Source: a virus. From it: a DNA stretch of 64,000 nucleotides. The position numbers were made by a program, and so were the translations under genes. Location of the stretch: positions 27,155-91,154 of IMG/VR virus record IMGVR_UViG_3300002092_000035, one strand, 5' to 3'. How positions within the stretch are numbered: the stretch's first letter is position 1; the number at the start of each line of letters is the position of its first letter. The notes under the pieces are model-generated. The model was not told the origin of the DNA. It saw only the letters and a list, made by a program, of their open reading frames with translations, and searched no databases. Below, one piece after another: positions 1 to 9,277 of the stretch.

Positions 1-2
1 TT

Positions 3-443
3 AACGACAAAGTGAGAGAGACAAAATCCAAGAATGATTATTCGGGATGGAATCATTCTGATAAAACAAAAGAAACTCTTTCAATACTAGCTTGTTCTAG
101 GTTAGCAAAGCATTCAAAATATTCTAAGAATGTTGAGTATAAACCAGGTATAATATTAGAATCTTCTTATGAAGTGAGTGTTGCAGAAATTTTAGATGAA
201 TTGAACATAGTGTGGGAAAAAGTAAGGCAAGGATATGTATGGAATGATAACGGTAAACGCCGTAGATATATCCCAGATTTTTATATTCCAAAATACAATG
301 TGTTTCTAGACCCAAAAAATGATTACCTGATCAACAAAGATAAGGTCAAAATAGAAAGTGCAATGGCTATGAATAATATAGTGGTTCACGTTCTATCAGC
401 ATCTCAAATTAATCGCGAATACATATCAAGTTTATTTCTGTAG
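3..443 (+). CDS. PD-(D/E)XK-type endonuclease, probable free-standing homing endonuclease (5' partial)
   Basis: SSYE...RRYIPDFYIPKYNVFLDPK motif; frame is open to the window edge. Confidence 0.6.
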   Translation, partial: NDKVRETKSKNDYSGWNHSDKTKETLSILACSRLAKHSKYSKNVEYKPGIILESSYEVSVAEILDELNIVWEKVRQGYVWNDNGKRRRYIPDFYIPKYNVFLDPKNDYLINKDKVKIESAMAMNNIVVHVLSASQINREYISSLFL

Positions 444-461
444 TTTAACAGTAACGATTTT

Positions 462-553
462 GGACGGGCATCTGGTGGTGGCAAGGGTCTTATAATCCCT
501 TTGGTCAGCTGATTACTGATTTGCTGAGAGTTCGATCCTCTCCCTGTCTACCA
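462..553 (+). tRNA. tRNA-Ile(UAU)-like, atypical D arm, long extra arm
   Basis: Acceptor GGACGGG/CCTGTCT + A-CCA; anticodon arm AGGGT-CT TAT AA-TCCCT; T arm GAGAG-TTCGATC-CTCTC. Confidence 0.75.
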
Positions 554-557
554 ACAT

Positions 558-639
558 TCACGCTGCCCTGACTGCGAAGAGGGGAACTCGCTACCCGCAA
601 GGGAAAAGTTGGAACAAGACAGCGGGTCCAACAGCGTGA
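558..639 (+). ncRNA. Candidate small structured RNA
   Basis: Closing stem TCACGCTG/CAGCGTGA with internal CCCT/AGGG, CCC-GCAA-GGG and TTGGA/TCCAA helices. Confidence 0.4.
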
Positions 640-661
640 CACTATTTTAGAAAGAGGAAAA

Positions 662-892
662 ATGTCTAGAAAAGCTGATCTAAAGGATGATCTGAATAAG
701 CATACACTGACATATGTCAAGCATACAGTTGAAGAGATTAAAAGGTTGCGACACTGGTTTGCCGGATTCCAAGCAGCAGGTGGCACCCTTCCGGCATGTG
801 AACAGAGTTTTAGTGCGTTGCACAAAGCACACATTCTGTTAGACGACTATGCAAGTTTGATAGAAAAACACAGAAAGCTTGATAAAGACTAG
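662..892 (+). CDS. Hypothetical protein
   Basis: 76 aa ORF with GAGG SD. Confidence 0.65.
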   Translation: MSRKADLKDDLNKHTLTYVKHTVEEIKRLRHWFAGFQAAGGTLPACEQSFSALHKAHILLDDYASLIEKHRKLDKD

Positions 893-960
893 CCGATCAT
901 CGTTGATCGTGGCATAAATAGTGTCATAGGTTTTGCCTATAACACACAGAGAGTCACCCA

Positions 961-1329
961 ATGAAAAAAATATTCGTAGCACTAGCAGTGCTATTGTCCA
1001 TATGGACACCGTCTGTATCCTTTGCTAATCCTAATGAAGGAGTTGACAGATATGTTTTCTTACAAAAAACGATTGAACGCAAAGATGTTCGTATAATAGT
1101 AGTAACATACAAATCATACGGCGAACTTGAAGCAGCAGTAAGGTCGCACATCGGTGCTGACCCAAAATATAGTGCTATCAGGGCTCATAGAGTCCAAGCA
1201 TTCAGCGTCCTTCAGAAGCCCAACTACGATGTATGTACTATTCACATGATTGACCCTATCATCTCATATGAGCCTGAATATATAGGACACGAGTTGATGC
1301 ACTGTGTATACGGTGAATTTCACAAATAA
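961..1329 (+). CDS. Exported protein with HExxH zinc-binding motif
   Basis: Signal peptide MKKIFVALAVLL...; GHELMHC near C-terminus. Confidence 0.65.
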   Translation: MKKIFVALAVLLSIWTPSVSFANPNEGVDRYVFLQKTIERKDVRIIVVTYKSYGELEAAVRSHIGADPKYSAIRAHRVQAFSVLQKPNYDVCTIHMIDPIISYEPEYIGHELMHCVYGEFHK

Positions 1330-1333
1330 TTAC

Positions 1334-1628
1334 GCGCCGATAGCTCAATTGGTTAGAGCCGACCGCTTACTGTAATATGTGGGCCTCTATGATGGAAACA
1401 TTATAGATGTAAGTGATCAAATTCGGGGAACCCTTTCAAATGGCGATCCCGAGCCAAGCCCTGCAAAGGGAAGGTGTAGAGACTAGACGGTCACCATCTA
1501 AGTCGTAAGATATGATGAAGGTATAGTCCAGACCACAAATCGGTCGTCTTTTATATGACCGAGTAACGAAAGCTATAGTGGTAAGCATAACGGTCTGGTT
1601 GGGGGTTCGAGTCCCTCTCGGCGCACCA
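1334..1628 (+). tRNA. tRNA-Ile2(CAU), intron-containing (exons 1334-1367 and 1586-1628)
   Basis: Spliced: GCGCCGA...GACCG-CT^CAT-AA-CGGTC...TCGGCGC-A-CCA; C4-G69 and body resemble lysidine tRNA-Ile rather than Met. Confidence 0.85.
1368..1585 (+). ncRNA. Group I self-splicing intron (IC3, Azoarcus-like), no ORF
   Basis: P1 GCU/UAC..GUG GGC with U-G at the splice site; AAATTCGGGGAA, GATCCCGAGCCAAGCC, GTAGAGACTAGACGG, GAAGGTATAGTCCA core; terminal G. Confidence 0.92.
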
Positions 1629-1734
1629 AATATATATACATATGCATTTAAGCATAAGTATATATGGGATTTGCTTCCTAATAGGCACGAGATGGGTCAC
1701 GGTTAGCCCATCACCCTTTAAAAGGATAACAGTA

Positions 1735-1932
1735 ATGAAACAGATTGACAAAAGTTTTGGATACGGAATCTATCATAACCGAGTAGCGGTCATCCAAGAG
1801 AATGGTGACAAATATTTTGTTGATCTGTATCTAGATGAGATCCTTCATAGAACAGTTGATGTTTCTGATAGGTCGCTTCGGTATGCAGAAGATACTGCGG
1901 AAAATTGGACTACAGGAATAATCAAAGACTAG
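1735..1932 (+). CDS. Hypothetical protein
   Basis: Start re-placed at MKQIDK after AAAGGA SD. Confidence 0.65.
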   Translation: MKQIDKSFGYGIYHNRVAVIQENGDKYFVDLYLDEILHRTVDVSDRSLRYAEDTAENWTTGIIKD

Positions 1933-1953
1933 ACACAGAAAACAGGAGTAATC

Positions 1954-2517
1954 ATGCCCGTATTGGCTTTAGATATCTCAGGTATACCCCGGACTTGGGT
2001 TTCACACGATGACGCAATCACCTATCACGCGAAGAATTTAGTAGCTTGGTCTCTAGGCGATGTAGTTGCTAGATACCGGGGAGGAGTTCAAAAGAATGGT
2101 ACCCAGAGTTATCTTGAAACTCCGAGCATCATCGCTGTAAAAGGCATCGGTTTTGATTTCCGCAAACACAACAGGGTCATATTGACCAACAAGACGCTAT
2201 TTGCTAGAGATCGTAGCGTCTGTGCTTACTGTGGCAAACATCATTCTAATCACGCTGGATTGAGTCGCGATCATATCATACCTAGATATCATGGCGGCAC
2301 AGATGAGTGGATGAATGTTGTTACTTCGTGTAAGCCTTGTAATCAAAAGAAAGGATGTCTGACGCTGAAACAAGCGAAGATGGAACTGATCTATGTTCCA
2401 TACGAGCCTAATCACTACGAACATCTGCTCTTACAGAATAGACATGTTCTCGCTGATCAAATGGATTATCTGCTTGCAGGTGTGCCTAAGCACAGCAGAA
2501 TTATTTCTATGAACTAG
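1954..2517 (+). CDS. HNH endonuclease (McrA-like)
   Basis: RD..CAYCG, DHIIP..HGG, NVVTSCKPCN.KKG. Confidence 0.9.
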   Translation: MPVLALDISGIPRTWVSHDDAITYHAKNLVAWSLGDVVARYRGGVQKNGTQSYLETPSIIAVKGIGFDFRKHNRVILTNKTLFARDRSVCAYCGKHHSNHAGLSRDHIIPRYHGGTDEWMNVVTSCKPCNQKKGCLTLKQAKMELIYVPYEPNHYEHLLLQNRHVLADQMDYLLAGVPKHSRIISMN

Positions 2518-2542
2518 ATTACTTGATTAAATATCTCTATGA

Positions 2543-2617
2543 TGGACAATAGTTCAATGGTAGAATCCCGCACTGTTAATGCGGTTGTTGTAGGTTCGAG
2601 TCCTACTTGTCCAGCCA
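2543..2617 (+). tRNA. tRNA-Asn(GUU)
   Basis: Cloverleaf, CT GTT AA loop, G73-CCA. Confidence 0.95.
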
Positions 2618-2621
2618 ATTT

Positions 2622-2939
2622 TTACTTTCTGCTTTGTAGAAGTTTATGTATGTCGTTATGAAGGTCTTTGATTTCTGTTAATTCTTGCATGATCATCCGA
2701 TGATCTTCTTCTGCTCTTTTTTCAGATTTCTCACTATTCACTGATTGACCTACCATGATTATGCTTAGTAGAACTAGTTGTAAGAATGTCTGAGCTATCC
2801 ATGTGATGAGTGTTGCTACTCCCCCGTGGATAGCTGCAGGCAGACTTACCATCGCTAGTAGCGTAAATGCATAGGCACACCACATTGTTCCGACAATGTT
2901 GGTAACGATAGTAGCAAGTTTTTTATTGAAGTTTTCCAT
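2622..2939 (-). CDS. Small membrane protein (DUF1003-like)
   Basis: Two hydrophobic segments, FLQLVLLSIIMVGQ motif, coiled-coil tail. Confidence 0.65.
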   Translation of the reverse strand: MENFNKKLATIVTNIVGTMWCAYAFTLLAMVSLPAAIHGGVATLITWIAQTFLQLVLLSIIMVGQSVNSEKSEKRAEEDHRMIMQELTEIKDLHNDIHKLLQSRK

Positions 2940-2989
2940 ATGTATCTCACTTTTTAATATTTATCATGCAGTGAGATATATACTAGTAT

Positions 2990-3065
2990 GCCCGTATGGC
3001 ACAGCTGGTAGCGCGCCACACTTGTAATGTGGAGGTCCGGGGTTCGAACCCTCGTGCGGGCACCA
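2990..3065 (+). tRNA. tRNA-Thr(UGU)
   Basis: Cloverleaf, CT TGT AA, CCA. Confidence 0.95.
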
Positions 3066-3068
3066 TAC

Positions 3069-3144
3069 GTCTCCATAGCTCAGTGGATAGAGCAACAGCC
3101 TTCTAAGCTGTGGGTCGCAGGTTCGAATCCTGCTGGGGATGCCA
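3069..3144 (+). tRNA. tRNA-Arg(UCU)
   Basis: Cloverleaf, CT TCT AA, A20, CCA. Confidence 0.95.
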
Positions 3145-3195
3145 GTTTATATTTCGTGATGCTGTTGCATCGCTAAATATCTTGTAAAGTTTAAC

Positions 3196-3271
3196 GGGGA
3201 ATTAGCTCATTTGGTAGAGCGTCTGATTTGCATTCAGAAGGTGAGCGGTTCGATCCCGCTATTCTCCACCA
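3196..3271 (+). tRNA. tRNA-Ala(UGC)
   Basis: Cloverleaf, G3-U70, TT TGC AT, CCA. Confidence 0.95.
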
Positions 3272-3281
3272 AACATTATAT

Positions 3282-3359
3282 CGGGGATTAGCTCAGTCTG
3301 GCCAGAGCATTCCGTTTGGGACGGAAGGGTCGTAGGTTCGAATCCTACATTCCCGACCA
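3282..3359 (+). tRNA. tRNA-Pro(UGG)
   Basis: C1-G72, TT TGG GA, CCA. Confidence 0.95.
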
Positions 3360-3421
3360 TTTATTAGATACCGACCAAATTTAAGAATTAGCACACTGCT
3401 TGGATATAGTATAAATAAATC

Positions 3422-5350
3422 ATGCAAAAGAAAAAACTGACCTTTGTCAACCCTAATTTTCAACAAGGCCCAAGAGAATTTAATGCGTATTATCTTCCTT
3501 ATACGACCGGCGTGTTGTGGAGCTATGCGATACAATTTGAAAATATCAGAGATAATTACTCCTTAGGTGGGTTCATCTGGCGACGCGATGATATACAAAC
3601 TGTAATAGAATCTCTCATGGATAGCGATATTGTTGTGCTATCTACATACATATGGAATAGGTCTTACAATCATGTTGTCGGTAGAGAATTAAAAAAAGCC
3701 AATCCTAACGTGTTTATAATGGCAGGAGGTCCGGAACCGCCGGTATCCGATCCCAACTTCTTTGAGCGGTTTCCGTATATAGATGTCTGTGGGGTCCAGG
3801 AAGGGGAACGGTCTTTCACTGCGGTCCTAGAAGAACATCTTAAAGAGAATCCTGATTATACTCATATCAAAGGATTGTTGGTAAATGATAACGGCAAGAC
3901 GATCAACACTGGACCCGCTGTAAGAATAGAAAAGTTAGATGACATTCCTAGCCCGTACCTTACAGGAATTTTTGATGATCTTGTCAGAGAAAATCCAGAT
4001 ATCAACTGGAACGTTACTGTAGAAACGAATCGCGGATGTCCCTATATGTGCACCTTTTGTGACTGGGGAAGTCTGACCTATAGTAAAGTAAAGAAGTTTG
4101 ACATAGAACGGGTGTTTAAGGAACTAGATTGGGCGGGCCAACAGGAATGTGACTATTTACATTTTACTGATGCTAACTTCGGCATCTTTCCTGAACGTGA
4201 CATGTCTATTGCAAAGAAACTCGTAGCTGTTCAGAAAGAATACAATAATCCTAAGACATATGGCATGGCTTGGGCAAAAAACCAGAAGAAAGAAGTCGTT
4301 GATATCGTCAGAGTGTTGATGAATGAAGGCGGCAACAAGATTGGTCTCAATCTTTCAGTACAGACAATGGATGAGAACACCCTAGATATCATTAAACGAA
4401 AAAATCTGGGAATGAACCAAATTGAAGAAGTATTCCAACTGTGTGAAGAGAATGGTATTCCTTTATTTACTGAATTGATTTTGGGCCTGCCAGGGGAAAC
4501 ACTTGAAACTTGGAAGAATAACTTCTACGCATTGTATAAAGCAGGTAACCATACTGGTATTACTGTATATCAAGCACAGTTGCTTGAGAATGCAGAGATG
4601 AACCTTACCCAGAAGCAAGAGTATGATCTAAAGGGGCAAATTGTATATGATTATCTAGTAGGAACGTACAACGAACACGAACTGCGTGAAGGCGTTGAAG
4701 TAGTAGTATCTACTAGGGACCTTACTCCCGAGAAGATGAATCAAGCACAGGTTCATTCTTGGTATCAGAATACTTTTCATATTGACGGTATCACCAATTA
4801 CATCAGTCGTGCATTATATAAACTGTATGGAATAGAATACGCTGATTTCTATGAAGGACTATTTGAACATATCAAAACTGATTTCTGGCTAAATTCAGAA
4901 GTAGAACGTATCTCAAAGTATTTTCGAGGATGGGGAGAACAAGGTGCTATCAATCACCCTCCTATTCAAGGCATTGAGATTCACGGACACAACCTGATCT
5001 ATTCAACAATCATCAACATCAGTAGCCAAAATAAACATGACCACATCTTAGATGTAGTAGAGTCTTATCTTCGTAAAACTTTCGTCATTGAAGAATCGCT
5101 ATTACAAGATATGATGACCCTGCAACGAAACTATCTGATAGACCATGTTAATATCAAATCCTATCCTAAAATAATTAAGTTTAAACATGATATAGTAGGG
5201 TATGTACAAGGACAATGTGATATTGATACTCCTGCTGAATATGAATTTGATTTTCCAGAAGACAAAGACATGAATCTAAAAAGATTCTGTGAACAACTTT
5301 TCTTCGCTCGCCGCAGGAATTTTGGTAAAGCGTGGTTAACTAAGTTGTAA
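3422..5350 (+). CDS. B12-binding radical SAM protein
   Basis: N-terminal cobalamin-binding fold (STYIWN, GGPE, EGE); ETNRGCPYMCTFCDW CxxxCxxC. Confidence 0.9.
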   Translation: MQKKKLTFVNPNFQQGPREFNAYYLPYTTGVLWSYAIQFENIRDNYSLGGFIWRRDDIQTVIESLMDSDIVVLSTYIWNRSYNHVVGRELKKANPNVFIMAGGPEPPVSDPNFFERFPYIDVCGVQEGERSFTAVLEEHLKENPDYTHIKGLLVNDNGKTINTGPAVRIEKLDDIPSPYLTGIFDDLVRENPDINWNVTVETNRGCPYMCTFCDWGSLTYSKVKKFDIERVFKELDWAGQQECDYLHFTDANFGIFPERDMSIAKKLVAVQKEYNNPKTYGMAWAKNQKKEVVDIVRVLMNEGGNKIGLNLSVQTMDENTLDIIKRKNLGMNQIEEVFQLCEENGIPLFTELILGLPGETLETWKNNFYALYKAGNHTGITVYQAQLLENAEMNLTQKQEYDLKGQIVYDYLVGTYNEHELREGVEVVVSTRDLTPEKMNQAQVHSWYQNTFHIDGITNYISRALYKLYGIEYADFYEGLFEHIKTDFWLNSEVERISKYFRGWGEQGAINHPPIQGIEIHGHNLIYSTIINISSQNKHDHILDVVESYLRKTFVIEESLLQDMMTLQRNYLIDHVNIKSYPKIIKFKHDIVGYVQGQCDIDTPAEYEFDFPEDKDMNLKRFCEQLFFARRRNFGKAWLTKL

Positions 5351-5371
5351 GTAAAATATCTTCACCGGCAA

Positions 5372-5599
5372 ATGGCAATACAGATACGACAGCTTAAAGA
5401 ATGGAAAGGATACAATTCCTTTACCGTTCCCATTGTATTTGGAATTCCTATCCCTGACCAAAACGATGTAAATCTATTGAAATCTCAGTATCCAGGAAAC
5501 TATCATGTTCTGCTGACAACAATCGGAAATTCCTTTGAGAATTGTATCGTGTTTGATGATCCAACAGAAGAATCGTTTTTTATATTGAAGTATCTATAG
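5372..5599 (+). CDS. Small protein, distant member of the F.D..D..F.L.W family
   Basis: C-terminus VFDDPTEESFFILKYL. Confidence 0.55.
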   Translation: MAIQIRQLKEWKGYNSFTVPIVFGIPIPDQNDVNLLKSQYPGNYHVLLTTIGNSFENCIVFDDPTEESFFILKYL

Positions 5600-5614
5600 A
5601 CGATAAGTATTATC

Positions 5615-6601
5615 ATGACTAAAAGAATATTGGTATGCGGGGCCGGTGGATTTATCGGAACACATTTAGTAGAGAGCCTTAAGGCACAAGGTCACTATGT
5701 GGTAGGTGCAGATTTAAAAAAGCCACAATACACTACTTCATCAGCAGATAGATTTTATCAATCATGTGATCTCCGTGACAAGTATTATGTAGAGAAGCTG
5801 TTTATACAAGAATCTTTTGATGAGATTTATCAGTTGGCGGCAGATATGGGTGGCGCTGGATATGTTTTCACTGGAAAACATGATGCAGATATCATGCACA
5901 ACTCAGCGTCTATCAATCTAAACATCGTATCTGCGATGATAGCACACAATGTAAAGAAAGTGTTTTATAGCTCGTCTGCGTGTATTTATCCTGAATACAA
6001 ACAACTGGATCCAGATAATGTCTGCCTAGAAGAATCAGCAGCATACCCAGCAGCCCCGGACAGCGAATACGGTTGGGAGAAGTTATTCTCTGAGAGATTG
6101 TATATGAATTATGCTAAGAACTACGGCATAGATGCCCGTATAGCACGATTTCATAATGTATTTGGACCTAAAGGTTCTTGGAATAATGGCAAAGAGAAGT
6201 CTCCTGCTGCACTGTGCCGAAAGGTAGCAATGGCAAACGAAGGGGATGAAATAGAAGTCTGGGGTAACGGAACTCAGTCTAGATCATTCCTTTACATAGA
6301 CGAGTGTATTGAAGGCATACACAGAATTATGGAAAGCGACTATGCGTCGCCGCTAAATTTAGGAAGCGAACGCCAGGTATCTATCAATGAACTTGTGGGC
6401 ATAATATCTAGGGCAGCAAACAAAAAAGTAAAAATCAATAATGTTCCTGGACCGACGGGTGTCATGGGTAGAACATCAGACAATAATCTTCTGCGTAAAA
6501 CATTAGACTGGACCCCTGATGAAGATTTAGAAGGGGGCATATTAAAGACTTATCGTTGGATCGCCGAACAAATAGCACAAGGGAAATCAGATGAAAATTA
6601 A
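5615..6601 (+). CDS. NAD-dependent epimerase, GDP-mannose 3,5-epimerase-like
   Basis: GAGGFIG, LAADMGGAG, SSACIYP, YGWEK, EKSPAALCRK. Confidence 0.88.
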   Translation: MTKRILVCGAGGFIGTHLVESLKAQGHYVVGADLKKPQYTTSSADRFYQSCDLRDKYYVEKLFIQESFDEIYQLAADMGGAGYVFTGKHDADIMHNSASINLNIVSAMIAHNVKKVFYSSSACIYPEYKQLDPDNVCLEESAAYPAAPDSEYGWEKLFSERLYMNYAKNYGIDARIARFHNVFGPKGSWNNGKEKSPAALCRKVAMANEGDEIEVWGNGTQSRSFLYIDECIEGIHRIMESDYASPLNLGSERQVSINELVGIISRAANKKVKINNVPGPTGVMGRTSDNNLLRKTLDWTPDEDLEGGILKTYRWIAEQIAQGKSDEN

Positions 6602-7901
6602 AGTAGTTTACAACTGGATCGGTCCTGCTGGTCCCACTGATAACAACTATCTTCCTAATGTGCTGAGTTTTGCACAGGCATTTGATGAAAATAATCATAT
6701 TCCTCCTCAATGGAATGCAGATTGGACTTGGCAGCAGTTTTTCTCTCACGGGAATGAACATTTTGAGATTTGTCCTTCAGTAGCAATTAGTGAGAACGAT
6801 GATAGTCTGTTTGTTTTTCCAGTCGCATTGTCTTGGAGAAATATTATTCCAACTTATTATCTCAAAAATTTAGGCATCTTAGAGGCTTCGCGTATCCCAG
6901 CGAATATTTTAAACTGTATCAAACATCATAATGGTTATTTCGTTATTGATTTTTCAGGGGAAGGTCACGGAATACGGGATACAGACTTTGATCATATGCA
7001 TTCTTATTTTACTCATCTCAAAATCCCCTTGAGAAAAATTATATATATCACTGGATCATCAAACAGTGCAGATTTGTATGCCAAATACTGTTCAGGTAGA
7101 GGTATCTCTGCTACTGATAGGATGAACTTAGTGACTTATGTCAGGGGAACAGTGCATGTAGTCTCTAAAAGCATAAGTGAACCTGATTATGATAGTGAAA
7201 CCGTTCCTAAAAAACTTTTCTTGTCTTGGAACAAAAGAACAAGAAAGCATCGCTTTGATATAGCATTACTGTTAGAGAAGCATGATCTAGTGGATAGAAG
7301 CTATCTGAGTTTTCATAATGAAGAGACCGGAATAGGATTCAAAGAAACTTATCGTAATATAGGGGGAATTACCGATACGACTTTGGGCATAACACCTAAG
7401 GTAATAGATAGATTTGCTTCTAAATTGCCATTAGTGTTAGACGGTGAAACCAATCTCTATAAGATACTGTTTACTAATTTAGAGGTTACAACTAGACCGT
7501 TTTATCAAAATAGTCTGATCAGTCTTATAACAGAGACCCATTTCTACGAAGAACATACATGTTTAACCGAAAAGTCATTCAAACAAGCCAAAGAGAAACA
7601 CCCCTTTATTATCGTAGGCGGCGTAGGATCTCTCAAGTATCTGCGTGAATTAGGTTTTAAAACCTTTAGTGATTTCTGGGATGAATCTTATGATGATTGT
7701 AAGGATCCGGTAGAAAGAATGCAACGCATAGATTCTCTGATCAAAAATATCGGTGAATGGACTCCGGAACAACTTCTAGATTTCAGACGAAAGGTCAAAC
7801 CTATAGTAGAGCATAACTTCAAGGTGTTTGATACCGAAATGGTGAAAAATGCACTGAGGCTATCATTAAACAAAATCAATGATATAGTTACTGCTGTATA
7901 A
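6591..7901 (+). CDS. Putative glycosyltransferase-like protein
   Basis: SLITET...LTEKSFK...HPFII.G..GSL.YLRELGFKTF..FWDESYD motif of phage GT-like proteins; sugar operon context. Confidence 0.55.
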   Translation: MKIKVVYNWIGPAGPTDNNYLPNVLSFAQAFDENNHIPPQWNADWTWQQFFSHGNEHFEICPSVAISENDDSLFVFPVALSWRNIIPTYYLKNLGILEASRIPANILNCIKHHNGYFVIDFSGEGHGIRDTDFDHMHSYFTHLKIPLRKIIYITGSSNSADLYAKYCSGRGISATDRMNLVTYVRGTVHVVSKSISEPDYDSETVPKKLFLSWNKRTRKHRFDIALLLEKHDLVDRSYLSFHNEETGIGFKETYRNIGGITDTTLGITPKVIDRFASKLPLVLDGETNLYKILFTNLEVTTRPFYQNSLISLITETHFYEEHTCLTEKSFKQAKEKHPFIIVGGVGSLKYLRELGFKTFSDFWDESYDDCKDPVERMQRIDSLIKNIGEWTPEQLLDFRRKVKPIVEHNFKVFDTEMVKNALRLSLNKINDIVTAV

Positions 7902-7960
7902 AAATATATTGATCAGGCTGTTTGAGCGTAAATATCAATACAAACTTAATGAGAGGCTAA

Positions 7961-9145
7961 ATGAAAAAAATTGCGATGATTGGTGTTGGTAAGCTAGGCC
8001 AAGACTGTGCTGAAATGATGGCAGAGAAGCATGATGTAGTTGGGTACGATGTATCACCGAGAAATCCAACTTTTCCAATGAAGGATACCATTAGAGAAGC
8101 AGTGGAAGGTAGAGAATTAATCTTTATCGCAGCTCCTACTCCACACGATCCTGTCTATGGTGGCGAGACTCCTACGAGTCATCTTCCTAACAAGGACTTT
8201 GACTATACGATTGTTAGAGAGATTCTAGCCGAAGTCAACAAGTATGTTAACCCGACACAACTCGTCGTACTGATCAGCACTGTTCTTCCTGGAACAATTC
8301 GCAGAGAACTCCGCCCGGAAATCACCAACGCACGATTCATCTACAATCCTTATCTCATCGCAATGGGAACTATCAAGTGGGACATGGTGAATCCTGAAAT
8401 GGTAATTGTCGGTACTGATGACGGTTCTATCACAGGTGATGCGAAGGAACTGATTGACTTCTACAAGACATTCATGCAGAACGATCCAAGATACGAAGTT
8501 GGTACTTGGGATGAAGCAGAAGCTATCAAGATTTTTTATAACACCTTCATCTCTGCCAAAGTTGGTATCGTCAACATGATTCAAGATGTCGCTGAAAAGA
8601 ATGGCAACATGAATGTTGATGTTGTGACAGGAGCACTCGCTCGCTCAAATTACCGCATTACTGGTCCAGCATACATGCAAGCAGGTATGGGCGATGGCGG
8701 AGCCTGTCATCCGCGTGATAATATCGCGCTACGCTACATGGCAGAACAACTTGATCTAGGATATGACTTGTTTGATAGCATCATGCGAGCAAGAGAAGTT
8801 CAAGCTGAGAACATGGCCATGACTGTTCTTAACTATGGAAAGAACATTACAATTGTTGGCAAGGCTTATAAGCCCGGCGTGCATTACACGAATGGTTCTT
8901 CTTCTATGCTCGTAGCATATTACATTGAGGAACAAGGTGGAACCGTCAACTACTATGATGAACACACCGGTGACCTAGATTTTAAGAGTGACACTACTGA
9001 TGTCTATCTCATTGGCTACTGGGATGATTATGTGAAGGCACTGAACTTCCCTGCTAAGTCGGTCGTGATTGATCCTTGGCGAAAGATTGATGATACGCAG
9101 CATTCCGGTAAGATCGTTCATTACGGCAATACCCGATTGATGTAA
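7961..9145 (+). CDS. UDP-glucose/GDP-mannose dehydrogenase family
   Basis: GVGKLG, STVLPGT, AEAIK..YN, GDGGACHPRD catalytic Cys. Confidence 0.9.
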   Translation: MKKIAMIGVGKLGQDCAEMMAEKHDVVGYDVSPRNPTFPMKDTIREAVEGRELIFIAAPTPHDPVYGGETPTSHLPNKDFDYTIVREILAEVNKYVNPTQLVVLISTVLPGTIRRELRPEITNARFIYNPYLIAMGTIKWDMVNPEMVIVGTDDGSITGDAKELIDFYKTFMQNDPRYEVGTWDEAEAIKIFYNTFISAKVGIVNMIQDVAEKNGNMNVDVVTGALARSNYRITGPAYMQAGMGDGGACHPRDNIALRYMAEQLDLGYDLFDSIMRAREVQAENMAMTVLNYGKNITIVGKAYKPGVHYTNGSSSMLVAYYIEEQGGTVNYYDEHTGDLDFKSDTTDVYLIGYWDDYVKALNFPAKSVVIDPWRKIDDTQHSGKIVHYGNTRLM

Positions 9146-9153
9146 AATATTAT

Positions 9154-9228
9154 GCCCGGTTAGCGCAGCGGTAGAGCGTCTGGTTTACATCCAGAATGTC
9201 GGCGGTTCAATCCCGTCACCGGGTACCA
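9154..9228 (+). tRNA. tRNA-Val(UAC)
   Basis: Cloverleaf, TT TAC AT, CCA. Confidence 0.95.
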
Positions 9229-9277
9229 TTTCTTTTAATATTAGCATAAATATAATCTCTTACAGAAAGGTACTACA

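Noticed and set aside
1665-1716. Two small hairpins after tRNA-Ile2 as a theta/HDV ribozyme or SAM riboswitch
   Set aside because: Could not build the nested double pseudoknot or the SAM consensus by eye
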